Positions 1-14,712 of a stretch of 64,000 bases of DNA are shown here, one piece after another. Position 1 is the stretch's first letter, and each line of letters opens with the position of its first letter. The translations under genes and the position numbers were made by a program. Below the pieces are notes generated by a model. It was not told the origin of the DNA. It searched no databases and worked only from the letters and a program-made list of their open reading frames with translations. Origin of the DNA: the human T2T-CHM13v2.0 reference genome, Homo sapiens; the NCBI RefSeq assembly GCF_009914755.1, contig NC_060932.1; one strand, written 5' to 3'.

Positions 1-47
1 GACTCAGTCTATGCACAGCCCACTCCTGAGTTCTAGAGTCACTTTTA

Positions 48-357
<310 letters not shown>

Positions 358-1408
358 GGTGAATCTTCATGAGCACCCCAAGAATTCTAGCACACTTGTA
401 CCCAATAAATGTATAATAAATATGTGTCATTAATATTTGTATTATCATGAATTATGTAGTTGTGCTATAAGAAGTCAGTTACTGCTTGGGGTGCCTCTGT
501 CATTTTAACCATATCCCTTATTCTTGCCCGTTCATTAACACAGGACTTCTAATAGTTCCACTTGATCAGCTTAATTTCAATTAGTATATATGCTTGAAAG
601 GAATAAACTTGGCTCTTTCTTAAAGAACTCTTAAAATGAAACTTTAGCTGGAGATCTTACCTCCAGCTAAAATGGATTGGTAAAGTTTCCATGTAGGTAT
701 ATCAGACTAAAAATGACATCAAGCCCACTGTTGCCTTTTTAAATTACAACTTTTTATTGTTGCACAAATTCCTTCCATTTTTACTGATTTCTTCTTCTCC
801 AAGTCCATGGGCATCCTATACCTCAAACCCCAGCATTTCTGGGTTTGATTTGCTATATGGGAGAGTATCTCTGTGTCTTTTGTCCACGTTATTATTTGTT
901 ATGAAAAATTATGAGCATGTTCCCTAAGACTAGGTTTTCTAGCATGGTTCCTTATGGCCAGGGCTGTGTGACTCTCAGATTGGAAAGTGTGTCGAGGAAT
1001 GAGTTGGTTTTGTCACTTTTAGCTTTTTTACACTTTGAGCTCTTTGAAAGCCCAGGCACACATTTTGACCCCTTTTATGAATGCCCTCTCCATGGAAAGT
1101 AAATAAATGAATTACCCAGAACTTCTGGCCCTTGGGTCCTTGAGGGTTGGAGGAATGGCAAGAAAAATCTTTTGTATCAGCCAAACACTTACAAGCAAGG
1201 GAAGAAAGGAAGGAAGCACTTTATGCAAAAGCCAAGCATCTATTAATGTATGAAAATGAAATTAATTTAGCCAGATGACACATAGTCCAAATATCTACAC
1301 AATGAATTGAATTTGTTTCCCCATAGATTTGGGGTTGCCAGATTTAGTAGATAAAAATAATAATGCCCAGTTAAATTCGAATCTGAAATAAACCATTTTA
1401 TAGCAGGC

Positions 1409-1459
<51 letters not shown>

Positions 1460-1472
1460 CAGATAGATAGAT
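1409..1472. repeat. (GATA)n tetranucleotide microsatellite
   Basis: About 15 AGAT units with one GACA variant, read directly. Confidence 0.98.
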
Positions 1473-1526
1473 GGGCATTAGTATAACTATGTCCCATAGT
1501 TTAGTTTAGCAATACTTGGAACATAC

Positions 1527-1979
1527 TGTGATGGTTAATTTTATATGTCAATTTAACTGTCCAAAGGGTGCCAGATATTTAGTTAAACATTATTCTTGGT
1601 GTTCCCGTGAGGGTGTTTCTGCATGAGATTAACATTTGAGTCAGTAGACTGAGCAAAGCAGATCACCCTCCTCAGTGTAGGTGGCCCACATCCAATCCAT
1701 TGAAGGCCTGAATAGAACAAAAGTCTTGAGCAAGAGACAATTCACTCCCTCTCTCTGCCTGGCAGTCTTTGAGCTGGGACATTGATCTTCTCTTGCCTTG
1801 AAACTTGAACTGGAACTTACACCATTAGCTCTCCTGATTCTCAAGCCTTTGAACTATGGGTCTTGGGACTTCTCCGCCTCCATATCACGTGAGCCAGTTC
1901 ATTAAAATAGGTAGGTAGGTAGGTAGATAGATAGATAGATCTATTGGTTCTGTTTCTCTGCATAACCTTCATGAATACA
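1527..1979 (+). mobile_element. MLT2 (ERVL) solo LTR
   Basis: Starts tgtgatggttaattttatatgtcaa, ends ctattggttctgtttctctg...aataca; TG...CA termini. Confidence 0.88.
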
Positions 1980-2730
1980 ATATTTATTATACTAAAGAAT
2001 AAATTTGTAATTGAAAATTGTAGTTTATATGAAATTCAAATTTAATCAAGTATCCTGTCTTTTATCTGGTAACCCTGCACAGATCAGATATTTTGGCCTT
2101 GTATAGGCACAGTCTGAATTTTACTTTTAAGCTAATAATGACTTTGTTAAAGATATATATCCATAGGAGCTAAGTTCTTCCCATGGTTTATCCACTGTCT
2201 TTGAAATTGAAATTTAGACTGTTCTTCTTCATTCCAAGCCTTTCTTTGATATAGCTCACAGCCTCAGCATGGGGCACTAAAGCATGGTTTAATAATGGAT
2301 AAGTTGAGTTAATGCTCCATTCTGTTAGTGTGCTCTTTATTAATTTGCCTCTAACTTCGAGTGCATCATAGTGTTTAGTCCAGGGTCACAACCTTTCACC
2401 CTCTTTTATGCTTCTAAATAGTGATGATGCAGTCTTCTATTCAAGGACCATTTGTCAAGCGTATATTTCATGTAAAGCACATTTCTAGACTCTAGGGGCA
2501 TACAAAGATTCATAAACTTCATTCAGTGACTCTATATTTGAAGCCTATGGTGCCAAGCACTATTCAAGGTGTTAGGAGTGTGATAGAGTTTCCACCCTTG
2601 AGGAACAAGGGAGTTGAGGAGGACACATCAGAGAGGGTGGTAGAAGAAACCAAGATCCTTGACCCCAAAGGACATGCTATTCTGCTAACTGCCAGGGTTT
2701 CATTTTCCTGAATGGAATATACAAGCTAAA

Positions 2731-4046
2731 TTTTTTTTTTCACTTTTACTTTAGGTTCAGGAGTACATGTACAGGTTTGTTATATAGGTAAATTGCATGT
2801 CACCGGGGTTTGGTGTACAGATTATTTCATCAGCCAGGTGATAAGCATAGTACCTGAAAAGTGGTTTTTTGATCCTCACCCTCTTCCCACCCTCCACCCT
2901 CAACTAGGCCCTGGTGTCTGTCGTTCCCTTCTTTGTGTCCGCGTATACTCAATATTTAGCTCCCACTTATGAGTGAGAACATGTGGTGTTTGGCTTTCTG
3001 TTCCTGATTTAGTTTACTAAGGATAACGGCCTCCAGCTCCATCTGTGTCTCTGCAAAGGACATTATCTCATGTTTTTTTATGGCGGCGTAGTATTCCATG
3101 GTGTATATGTACCACATTTTCTTTATTCAGTCTACTGTTAATGGACATTAAGGTTGATTCTATGTCTTTGCTATTGTGAATAGTGCTACAGTGAACATAC
3201 ACGTGCACGTGTCTTTATGGCAGAGTGATTTATATTCCTTTGGGCATATGCCCATTGATGGAATTTCTGGGTTGAATGATAGCTCTAAGTTCTTTGAGAA
3301 ATTACCAAACTGCTTTCCACAGTGGCTAAATTAATTCCACAGTGGCTACCACAGTGGTAAATTAAATTACCTTCCCACCAGCAGTATATAAGCGTTCCCT
3401 CTTCTTCGCAACCTCACTAGAATCTGTTATTTTTTGACTTTTAAATTATAGCCACTCTGACTGATGTAAGACGGTATATCATTGTGTTTTTGATTTGCAT
3501 TTCTCTAATGATCAGTGATGTTCAACTGTTTTTCCATATGCATGTTGGCCACATATATGTCTTGTTTTTAAAAGTGTCTATCTGTTCATGTCCTTTGCAC
3601 ATTTTTAATGGGGTTGTTTGATTTTTGCTTGCTAATATGTGTAAGTTCCTTATAGATTCTGGATATTAGACCTTTGTCAGATGCATAGTTTGCAAATACT
3701 TTCTCCCATGCTGTAGGTTGTCTGTTTATCCTGTTGATAGTTTCTTTTGCTGTGTAGAAGCTCTTTAGTTTGATTGGGTTCTATTTGTCAATTTCTGTTT
3801 TTGTTGCAGTTGCTTTTGGCATCTTCCTCATGAAATCTTTGCCAGTTCCTATGTCCAGAATGATATTTCCTAGGTTTTCTTCTAGGGTTTTTATAGTTTT
3901 AGGTTTTACATTTAAGTCTTTAATCCATCTTGAACTGATTTTTGTGTATAGTGTAAGGAAGGGGTCCAGTTTCAATCTTCTTCATATGGCTAGTCAGTTC
4001 TCCCAGCACCATTTATTGAATAGGGACTCCTTTTTCTATTGCTTGG
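2731..4046 (-). mobile_element. 5'-truncated L1 (older L1PA-type): 3' UTR plus end of ORF2
   Basis: Poly-T, then L1 3' UTR; ORF 3781..3975 translates as L1 ORF2 ([35 protein letters not shown]). Confidence 0.93.
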
Positions 4047-4908
4047 TTTTTTTTTTTTTTTTTTTTTGGTTTTTTTTTGTTTGTTTGTTTTTTTGTTGTT
4101 GCTTTTTTTTTGTTGGTGGTATGCATACGATGTAACCTCTTTTTCACAGATTCCATAGACTCTTCAATAAAACATCAATTTTCTCTTGAATGTGTTATGA
4201 GATAGAATGTGTTTTGGATGATATGACAAAGTGATGAGTATGGCCTCAAAGTGGATGTAAAGTAAAAGCCAAGGCCTTCAATGGGAGGCCCACCCTATCT
4301 GGGTTACATCATGGGAAGCCTCACCTCCCCGAAGAGAGACAAGGAATCTAGCTGCATTTCAGATTAAATTGCTAAGAAGACAATCTCACCATCTGTGCCA
4401 AATATCTGGATTTTTGTTTAAGAGGGTGAAAATAGCCTGGCAGGAGCCACAGTGGTCCTTGGCATCATTAAGTTTCTTTTGTTTCAAGCAAACCAAGGCT
4501 GGTTAGACAAGAAAAAAAGAGAGGATGTAGGGAGAAGAGACTGCTGGTTAGACCATCTTGAAATTACATGGAGTAATTCACACACTCATAGGAATTGCTG
4601 AACAGCCAGGCCTTGGGAAGGAAAGAGCGACAGGGACCACGGCTCCTCTAGTGGCCTCGGGGGGGTCGTAGACATTTTTCTGGGCTGCTGCCATCATGTG
4701 TTTCAGCCCTACTTAGTTATCATCTCTGTTCATGTTTTCAAGTTTCTGTGAGAGTATAGTTTGAATCAGAGGTTTCTACCCCTTGAGAACAGTTAATGCA
4801 GAAGTGGCCCATGGAGGGATTGATTGATTGGGCAGTCTCTTGTTTTCATGTCTCCCACCTATCTCATGGCTAAATGGAAGTAGTGTAATCTTGGATGCTT
4901 ATACTGCT

Positions 4909-5335
4909 TCTCTTAGTCTGTTAAGTGTTGCTATATAGGAATACCTGAGGCTGAGTAATTTCTAAAGAAAAGAAGTTTATTTAGCTCACAGTTCTGTTGT
5001 CCAGCAGGTTCAAGACTGGGCATCTGGTGAGGGCCTCAGGCTGCCTCTGCTCATGGTAGAAGGGGAAGGGGAGTTGGCATGTGCAGAGATCACACAGCAA
5101 GAAAGGAAGCAAGAGGGAGCAGGAGTGGGGCCAGGCTCTTTTTAACAAGCAGCTCTTACAGGAACTAATAGAATTCACTCACCCCTCCCCACACACACCC
5201 AGGGAAGGCATTAATCTATTCATGTAAGGGAACAACCCCCCATGACCCAAATGCCTTCCATTAGGCCGCACTTCTAACATTGGGGGTCAGATTTCAATGT
5301 GAGATTTAGAGGGGTCAAACATCTAAACTATGGCA
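4909..5335 (-). mobile_element. MST (MSTB-like) MaLR solo LTR
   Basis: MaLR LTR consensus in reverse; 5-bp TSD ctgct on both sides. Confidence 0.88.
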
Positions 5336-5387
5336 CTGCTGTATCTTTCTCTTTGATTAACTGAAAGATTTTCCTCATTCCATTCCA

Positions 5388-5612
5388 TTGGGCAGAAGCA
5401 ATATTTGAAGAGATAGTAACTAGACATTTTCGGAACTGATCAGATACTGATCTAGACATCCAGGAAGCCCATTGAATCCCAAGCAGAGTAAGTAAACGTT
5501 CTTAGATACATCATAGTGAAATTGCATAAAACTAAAGAGAAAAATTATAGAAAGCCACCAGGAAAAAAGGAGAGAGAGAGAAAGAGAAAGAGAGAGAGAC
5601 AAGAAAAGATTA
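5388..5612 (+). mobile_element. Ancient L1M/HAL1 ORF1-like fragment (inverted duplicate of 7153-7237 + 8446-8572)
   Basis: Resembles old L1 ORF1 (gaagcaatatttgaagagata...catcatagtgaaattg); reverse-complement match to the downstream copy. Confidence 0.65.
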
Positions 5613-6178
5613 CCCTCTACCTTTCCCCCACAACCACTAACCTGGAAGTTATGCACTCTGTTTCTGTTCTTTTGTTGGTTACCCTAGAAATTTCAATTTG
5701 GATACTTACTATGCCAAAGTTTCAGTTAATCAATATCTGTATCTTTTCCCAACCAATACAAAAACCTTGGAATACTTAAATTCCACTCCCCCTTATCTAC
5801 TTATAAATTATTACTTTTTATTTATTTTAATTCAATTTTTAACACACAACTAAACATTACTAATTATGATCTTCAATTGTCAGTTTATTTGCATTTACCA
5901 CGTTCTTTGCTCTTCACTCCTTTTGTGTCTCAAACATGTTATATGGGATTACTTTATTTCTGCCTCAAGTATATCCTCCATCATTTCCTTTAGGAGGTTT
6001 TTTTAGTAATGAACTAACAATTTTTATTTATCTGGAACATTTATTTTGTCCTTATTCTTGAGAGATATTTTTACTTGGTATTCAATTCTAGGCTGGTAAA
6101 TTATTTTTTCAGTATATCACAGATATCATATCACTGCTTTGCTGGCTTCCACCGTTGCTATTGAAAATCTGCCTTCAG

Positions 6179-7112
6179 AAAGGACTCGTATCCAGAATCT
6201 ACAAAGAACTCAAACAAATTAGCAAGAATAAACAAACAATCCTATCAAAAAATGGGCTAAGGACATGAATAGACAATTCTCAAAGGAAGATATACAAATG
6301 GCCAACAAACATATGAAAAAATGCTCAAAATCACTAATGATCAGGGAAATGCAAATCAAAACCACAATGCAATACTACCTTACTCCTGCAAGAATGCCCA
6401 TAATAAAATTAATTAAAAAATAATAATAGATGTTGGTGGGGATGCAGTGAAAAGGGAACACTTTTATGCTGCTGGTGGGAATGTAAACTAGTACAACCAC
6501 TATGGAAAACAGTGTGGAGATTCCTTAAAGAACTGAAAGTAGAGCTACCATTTGATCCAGCAGTCCCACTACTGGGTATCTACCCAGAGGAAAAGAAGTC
6601 ATTACATGAAAAAGATATTTGCATACGAATGTTTATAGCAGGACAATTTGCAATTGCAAAAATATGGAACCAACCTAAATGGCCATAAATCAATGAGTGG
6701 ATAAAGAAATTGTTGTATATATACATATACCATGGAATACTATTCAGCCATAAAAAGGAACGAAATAATGGCATTTGCAGCAACCTGGATGGAATTGGAG
6801 ACTGTTATTCTAAGTGAAGTAACTCAGGAATTGAAAACCAAACATCATATTTTCTTACTTATAAGTGGGAGCTAAGCTGTGAGGATGCAAAGGCGTAAGA
6901 ATGATACATTGGACTTTGGGGACTTAGGAGAAAGGGAGGGAGAGGGGTGAGGGATAAAAGGTTACAAATTGGGTGCAGTGTATACTGCTCAGGGGATGGG
7001 TGCACCAAAATCTCACAAATCACCACTAAAAAACTTACTCATGTAACCAAACACCACCTGTTCCTCCAAAACCTATGGAAAAAATAAAAATAAAAATAAA
7101 ATAAAAAATAAA
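6179..7112 (+). mobile_element. 5'-truncated L1PB-like element
   Basis: End of ORF2, L1PB-type 3' UTR, (AAAAAT)n tail; TSD gaaaatctgccttcag / gaaaatctgctgtcag. Confidence 0.92.
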
Positions 7113-7237
7113 GAAAATCTGCTGTCAGTCTAGCTACTGCTCCTTTGAAGCCAATCTTTTCTTTCTTTGTCTCTTTCTTTTTCCTGGCTACTTTTATGAT
7201 TTTTCTCTTTAGTTTTATGCAACTTCACTATGATGTG

Positions 7238-8445
7238 TGATAGAGTTTGGATCTGTGTCCCCACCAAATCTCATGTCAAGTTGTGATTTCAATCCCCAGT
7301 GTTGGAAGTGGGGCCCGGTGGGAGGTGATTGGATTATGGACGTGGGTTTCTCATGAATGGCTTAGCACCATCCCCTTGTGCTGTTCTCATAATCGTGAGT
7401 GAGTTCTTACAAGATCTGGTTGGTTAAAAGTGTGCAGCACCTTCCCCTCTCTCTCTTGCTCCTGTTCCCACCGTATAAGACCTACCTGACTTCCCTCTCC
7501 CTTCCACCATGATTGTTTCCTGAGTTTCCTCAGGCCTCCCCAGAAGCCAAGCAGATGCAAGCATCATGCTTCCTATACAGCCTGTATTTTTTTTTTCAGC
7601 CACCTCTTTTGCTTATTCTTTCTTTTTAAAAATATTTTATTATTATACTTTAAGTTCTGGAGTACATGTGCACAGCGTGCAGGTTTGTTACATAGGTATA
7701 CATGTGGCATGTTGCTGCACCCATCAACTCGTCATTTACATTAGGTATTTCTCCTAATGCTATTCCTCCCCCAGCCACCCACCCCCCGACAGGCCCCGGT
7801 GTGTGATGTTCCCCTCCCTGTGTCCACGTGTTCTCATTGTTCTACTCCCACTTATGAGTGAGAACGTGCAGTGTTTGGTTTTCTGTCCTTGTGATAGTTT
7901 GCTGAGAATGATGGTTTCCAGTTTCATCCATGTCCCTGCAAAGGACATGAACTTGTCCTTTTTTATGGCTGCATAGTATTCCATGGTGTATATGTGCCAC
8001 ACTTTCTTTATCCAGTCTATCATTGATGGGCATTTGGGTTGGTTCCAAGACTTTGCTATTGTGAACAGAGCTGCAATAAACATACGTGTGCATGTGTCTT
8101 TATACTAGCATGATTTATAATCCTTTGGGTATATAGTAATAGGATTGCTGGGTAATGAGATGGCTGGGTCAAATGATATTTCTAGTTCTAGATCCTTGAG
8201 GAATCACCACACTGTCTTCCACAATGGTTGAACTAATTTACACTCCCACCAACAGCATAAAAGCGTTCCTATTTCTCCACATCCTCTCCAGAATCTGTTG
8301 TTTCCTGACTTTTTAATGATCGCCATTCTAACTGGTGTGAGACGGTATACAGCCTGTAGAATGGTGAACCAATTAAGCCTCTTTTCTTTATATATTACCC
8401 AGACCCAGGTATTTCTTTACAGCAATGTGAGAATAGACTAATACA
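7238..8445 (+). mobile_element. MSTA/B MaLR solo LTR with a nested L1PA
   Basis: tgatagagtttggatctgtgtccccacc...gactaataca; TSD atgtg / atgtt. Confidence 0.88.
7587..8345 (-). mobile_element. 5'-truncated L1PA element
   Basis: ORF 7760..8083 is the ORF2 C-terminus (MFIAALFTIAKSWNQPKCPS...); 13-bp TSD tatacagcctgta (7574-7586 / 8346-8358). Confidence 0.95.
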
Positions 8446-8780
8446 ATGTTTCTACTTATGTTTTACTTATCCTGCTTGGGATTCAACGGGCTTCTTGGAT
8501 GTCTAGATCAGTATCTGGATCTGTTCTGAAAATGTCTGGTTACTATGTCTTCAAATACTGCCTCTGGCCAATTCTTTCTCCCCTTCCTTCTAAAATTCCC
8601 TTTTAACATTATCTTTTATGTCTCTTAACCTCTCTGTCATATTTTCCATTTTTAATTCTTTTTGCCTTCAGAAAAATTAATTTTGCTCTTTAACTAATTG
8701 TTTCTTCAATTGTGTCTAACCCATCACCGAACTTTTAATGTTGGCGAAAGCCTAAACTTAGATATTTTAAAAATCCTTAG

Positions 8781-9146
<366 letters not shown>

Positions 9147-9843
9147 TAACATCCTTAGTTATTTAAAAAATATTTGACACAGTCAGCAAAGATGTTTTAT
9201 AATTTATAACTGCTCATTCAATAATATAAAGTCTACATGAATTTTTTTGGCTCTTTTTTGTTTCTGTTGGTTTCCTTGTGGGCCTGGATATCTTTAATTA
9301 TGTGCTGCTATTGGCCTTAGAAAATGATCTGGGGAGATGCTCTGTGGCCTAAGATGAAGGTGCCCTTCTTCCAGGAGAATTTGTGTATGCCTCTTTTAGG
9401 TACAGAGGTACCTTTCTGTCTGGTACTACTCTAAGCTTCATTCAGGGTTTAAGGTTCCTTAGACTACCCACATCTTGTGAATTCGTGGGAGGAACTGTAA
9501 TTACAACTTCCCATGGATTTTATATTTATCCCTTGCTCCTTCTGGCCGAGTTAAATTGACCCAAACATCTCAAGGGTAGAAGCAGGAAGGTGGTTTCACC
9601 TTTGAGAGTCTCTTTTCATGCAGAGGCTTCCATTAAATCTTTGTCTTCAGAGGGAACTGCATGTTAGCTTCTGCCCTTCTCACACTGAGGGTCTGTGAAA
9701 ACCACTGCTCTGTTTCTCAGACCAATTTGGCAAACACTGTCAGGACAAAAGTAGTTCAGAGTGCTCTGCTGGCCTCTGGATTTTTTGCATTTTCTTAACT
9801 TTTAACCTGATATTTTTTTAAAAATTGATCAGTAATTTTATGA

Positions 9844-10236
<393 letters not shown>

Positions 10237-10712
10237 TGAAGAAGTCATCTGGACACATAGGGTGAACACTTCAGCCAGTTTAACCTCTCTCTGGGAAATT
10301 AACACTGCATCCTCTGCTGGGAGGCAAAGCTACCCACTCTGCATCAATCAAGTGTTTAGTGATCTTTGGAAGACTAGAGGTTTGTAACTGTCTTGAGGCA
10401 AATAATTCTAAAAAAACAACCTTGCAGGTGGCCAGATTTTTCATTCTGAGGTCTTTAAAATACTTCTCCCATCCTGCACCAAAAGGGCTCCCTCCACGTA
10501 TAAATTCCACACCTGGAAAGAGGAAGCATCTGGTGGGTGACCTACCTATAGTAGACTTTCCCCCACAGTCTCTGGCCCCCATCATGGTAGATATATGGCC
10601 CGTTCACACTTTATTCCTCATGAGTGGAATTTGCCTCAAGAAAGAGGGGCACTTGCACCTTGCAAAAGCAGGTTCTATCCTTGTTTTGTTTTTGAATTGG
10701 CTACATCCATAT

Positions 10713-11121
10713 TTCTGGGGTTTAAGTGTTTTTATTCCTTCCAAAATTCATGTTGGAACTTAATCCTCAAGGTAACAGTATCAGGAGGTGTGGCCTTTGG
10801 AATGTGATGGAATCATGAGGGCTCTGTCTTCTTGAATGGGGTTAGGTGCCCTAATAAAAGGGCTTGACAGAGGGAGCTCATCCTTCTTGCTCTTCTGCCT
10901 TCTGCTAAGTGAGGACACAGCATTCCTCCCTCCAGAGGATGCAGCATCAACACACCATCTTGAAAGGAGAGAGCAGCCCTCAGCAGACACCAGACCTGTC
11001 AGCACCTTGATCTTGGACTTCCCTGCCTCCAGAACTATGAGGAATAAATTTATTTTGTTTATATTAATAAATTACCCAGTCTGTGGTATTCTATCATAGC
11101 AACACAAAACAGACTAAGACA
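10713..11121 (+). mobile_element. MSTD/MLT1A-like MaLR solo LTR
   Basis: ccaaaattcatgttggaacttaatcc...gcaacacaaaacagactaagaca; TSD catat / tatat. Confidence 0.82.
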
Positions 11122-11682
11122 TATATCGAGGCTGTGTGGGAAAAAGAAGGCAGATAGGCAAGAGAGTTGGTAAGGAGAAGATGGAGAATTTGATTGTTTT
11201 TGCTCTTGGTGTTCAAATGCCCTTCCCTGTCTTTCCATAGGATTTTGAGCAAGTTAATCATTTCTCATGGTTAACTTGTGTTGAATTGTCTCTGTTTGGT
11301 GGAGATGAAAAAAAAATTAATGAATATGATGTCACGATTGGTTTGAGACTGCCCCCGGAAAGCTGAGCATATCTGCTTTACTTACTCATTTGTTTACCTG
11401 TTTGGCCCCTGTAGCTACTGGAACTTGCAACCCTTGATGATGATGGTAATATTAGGTACCCAAGAGAATGAACTCAATGAGGAGATGGGAACTTTCATTT
11501 AAATAGCACAGGGGAATGAAATATTTAGCCAGGAAGACTTTGAAATGAGATGTTGCTTAAGTAGAATATCTCAAAGAGAAGACAGTCATGATAATCATTT
11601 GCAGCTACAGATTCAAGTTCAGCTAGCATTTACCAAATACCTATTGTGCAGTAGGCATTAGGCCAGGCATTTTGATTTTTTA

Positions 11683-12128
<446 letters not shown>

Positions 12129-12481
12129 TAGGCTGGGCATTTTAAAAGGCAGAACCCATTAAATTCAGAACAAAAGAATTATGCCCCTTCTTTGGTGTTG
12201 AGCAGGGAAATGTGAAAAAAGAAAACTATTTTAGGACTAAGGAAGGAAGGTTTTCAATAGACATTATGCCATATAGGGAAAAATATTTCAGAAATATTTC
12301 CTGGAGGCTCAAGGGCACAATTTAAAGCTCAAGCTTGAATAATACACCACTCAACTAAATCTTTAGTTTTTCTGAAGAATGTGGTAAGAGTATTCTACAT
12401 AAGAGATTTGCATTTTCTCCATAGTAGTTCATCTTGCATGTTAACTTTAAGGAAAGATTGTACAACATGTTGTTTCTATGA

Positions 12482-12958
<477 letters not shown>

Positions 12959-13163
12959 TATACACTGTCTTTCACTCTAGCTATTTGTGTGTGCCTTCCA
13001 TCTCATACTCAACTTCTGGCTTCTTGGGATCTGGGGTGTTATTTTACCACAGTACCTAGCACAATGACTTGCCTATCACAGGCAATAATTAATAAGGGAC
13101 TGCATGGAGTGCACATATTAATGCTAGATGTGACTCTGCCTCTAAAGATGGGATGAACTCAAG

Positions 13164-14068
<905 letters not shown>

Positions 14069-14102
14069 TTAATTGGGGTGTAGACATTATGATTAATAAT
14101 GA

Positions 14103-14411
<309 letters not shown>

Positions 14412-14486
14412 CATTTCAGCTTTTAACATTCAATGATTCTATTAAGAACTCCAGTTCTTGGGCTGAAGTTCTTAATAGAAGAGCTT

Positions 14487-14712
14487 AAAGACCAGCCTGG
14501 GCAACATAGGGAGATCAGGTCTCTGCAAAAAAAAAATTAAAAATTAGCTAGGCATGCAGGCACATGCCTGTAGACCCAGCTAATCAGGAGACTGAGGTGG
14601 GAGAATCGCTTGAGCCCAGGAGATCAAGAGATCAAGGCTGCAGTGAGCTGTGATCGTGTCTCTGCACTCCAGCCTGGGCAACAGAGTGAGACCCTGTCTC
14701 AAAAAAAAAAAA
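14487..14712 (+). mobile_element. 5'-truncated AluJ-like element
   Basis: Begins mid left arm (aagaccagcctgggcaacatagg); A tail; TSD aagaactcca. Confidence 0.88.

Larger units (their letters stand above)
1330..2077. mobile_element. MER53-like palindromic hAT MITE, interrupted by an LTR and a GATA repeat
   Basis: Terminal inverted repeats tggggttgccagat...atctggtaaccctg; 8-bp TSD catagatt (1322-1329) / cacagatc (2078-2085). Confidence 0.8.
5900..8750 (-). mobile_element. Ancient L1M/HAL1-like element hosting nested insertions
   Basis: Degenerate antisense ORF1-like sequence continues across the L1PB and MST insertions. Confidence 0.55.

Noticed and set aside
4640-4660. CTCF-like ggccactagaggagc on the minus strand
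   Set aside because: Mismatches at the conserved GGC end of the core; no supporting evidence
10280-10763. 101-aa and 134-aa ORFs on opposite strands
   Set aside because: No domain similarity; the longer one runs into an LTR; lengths are expected by chance
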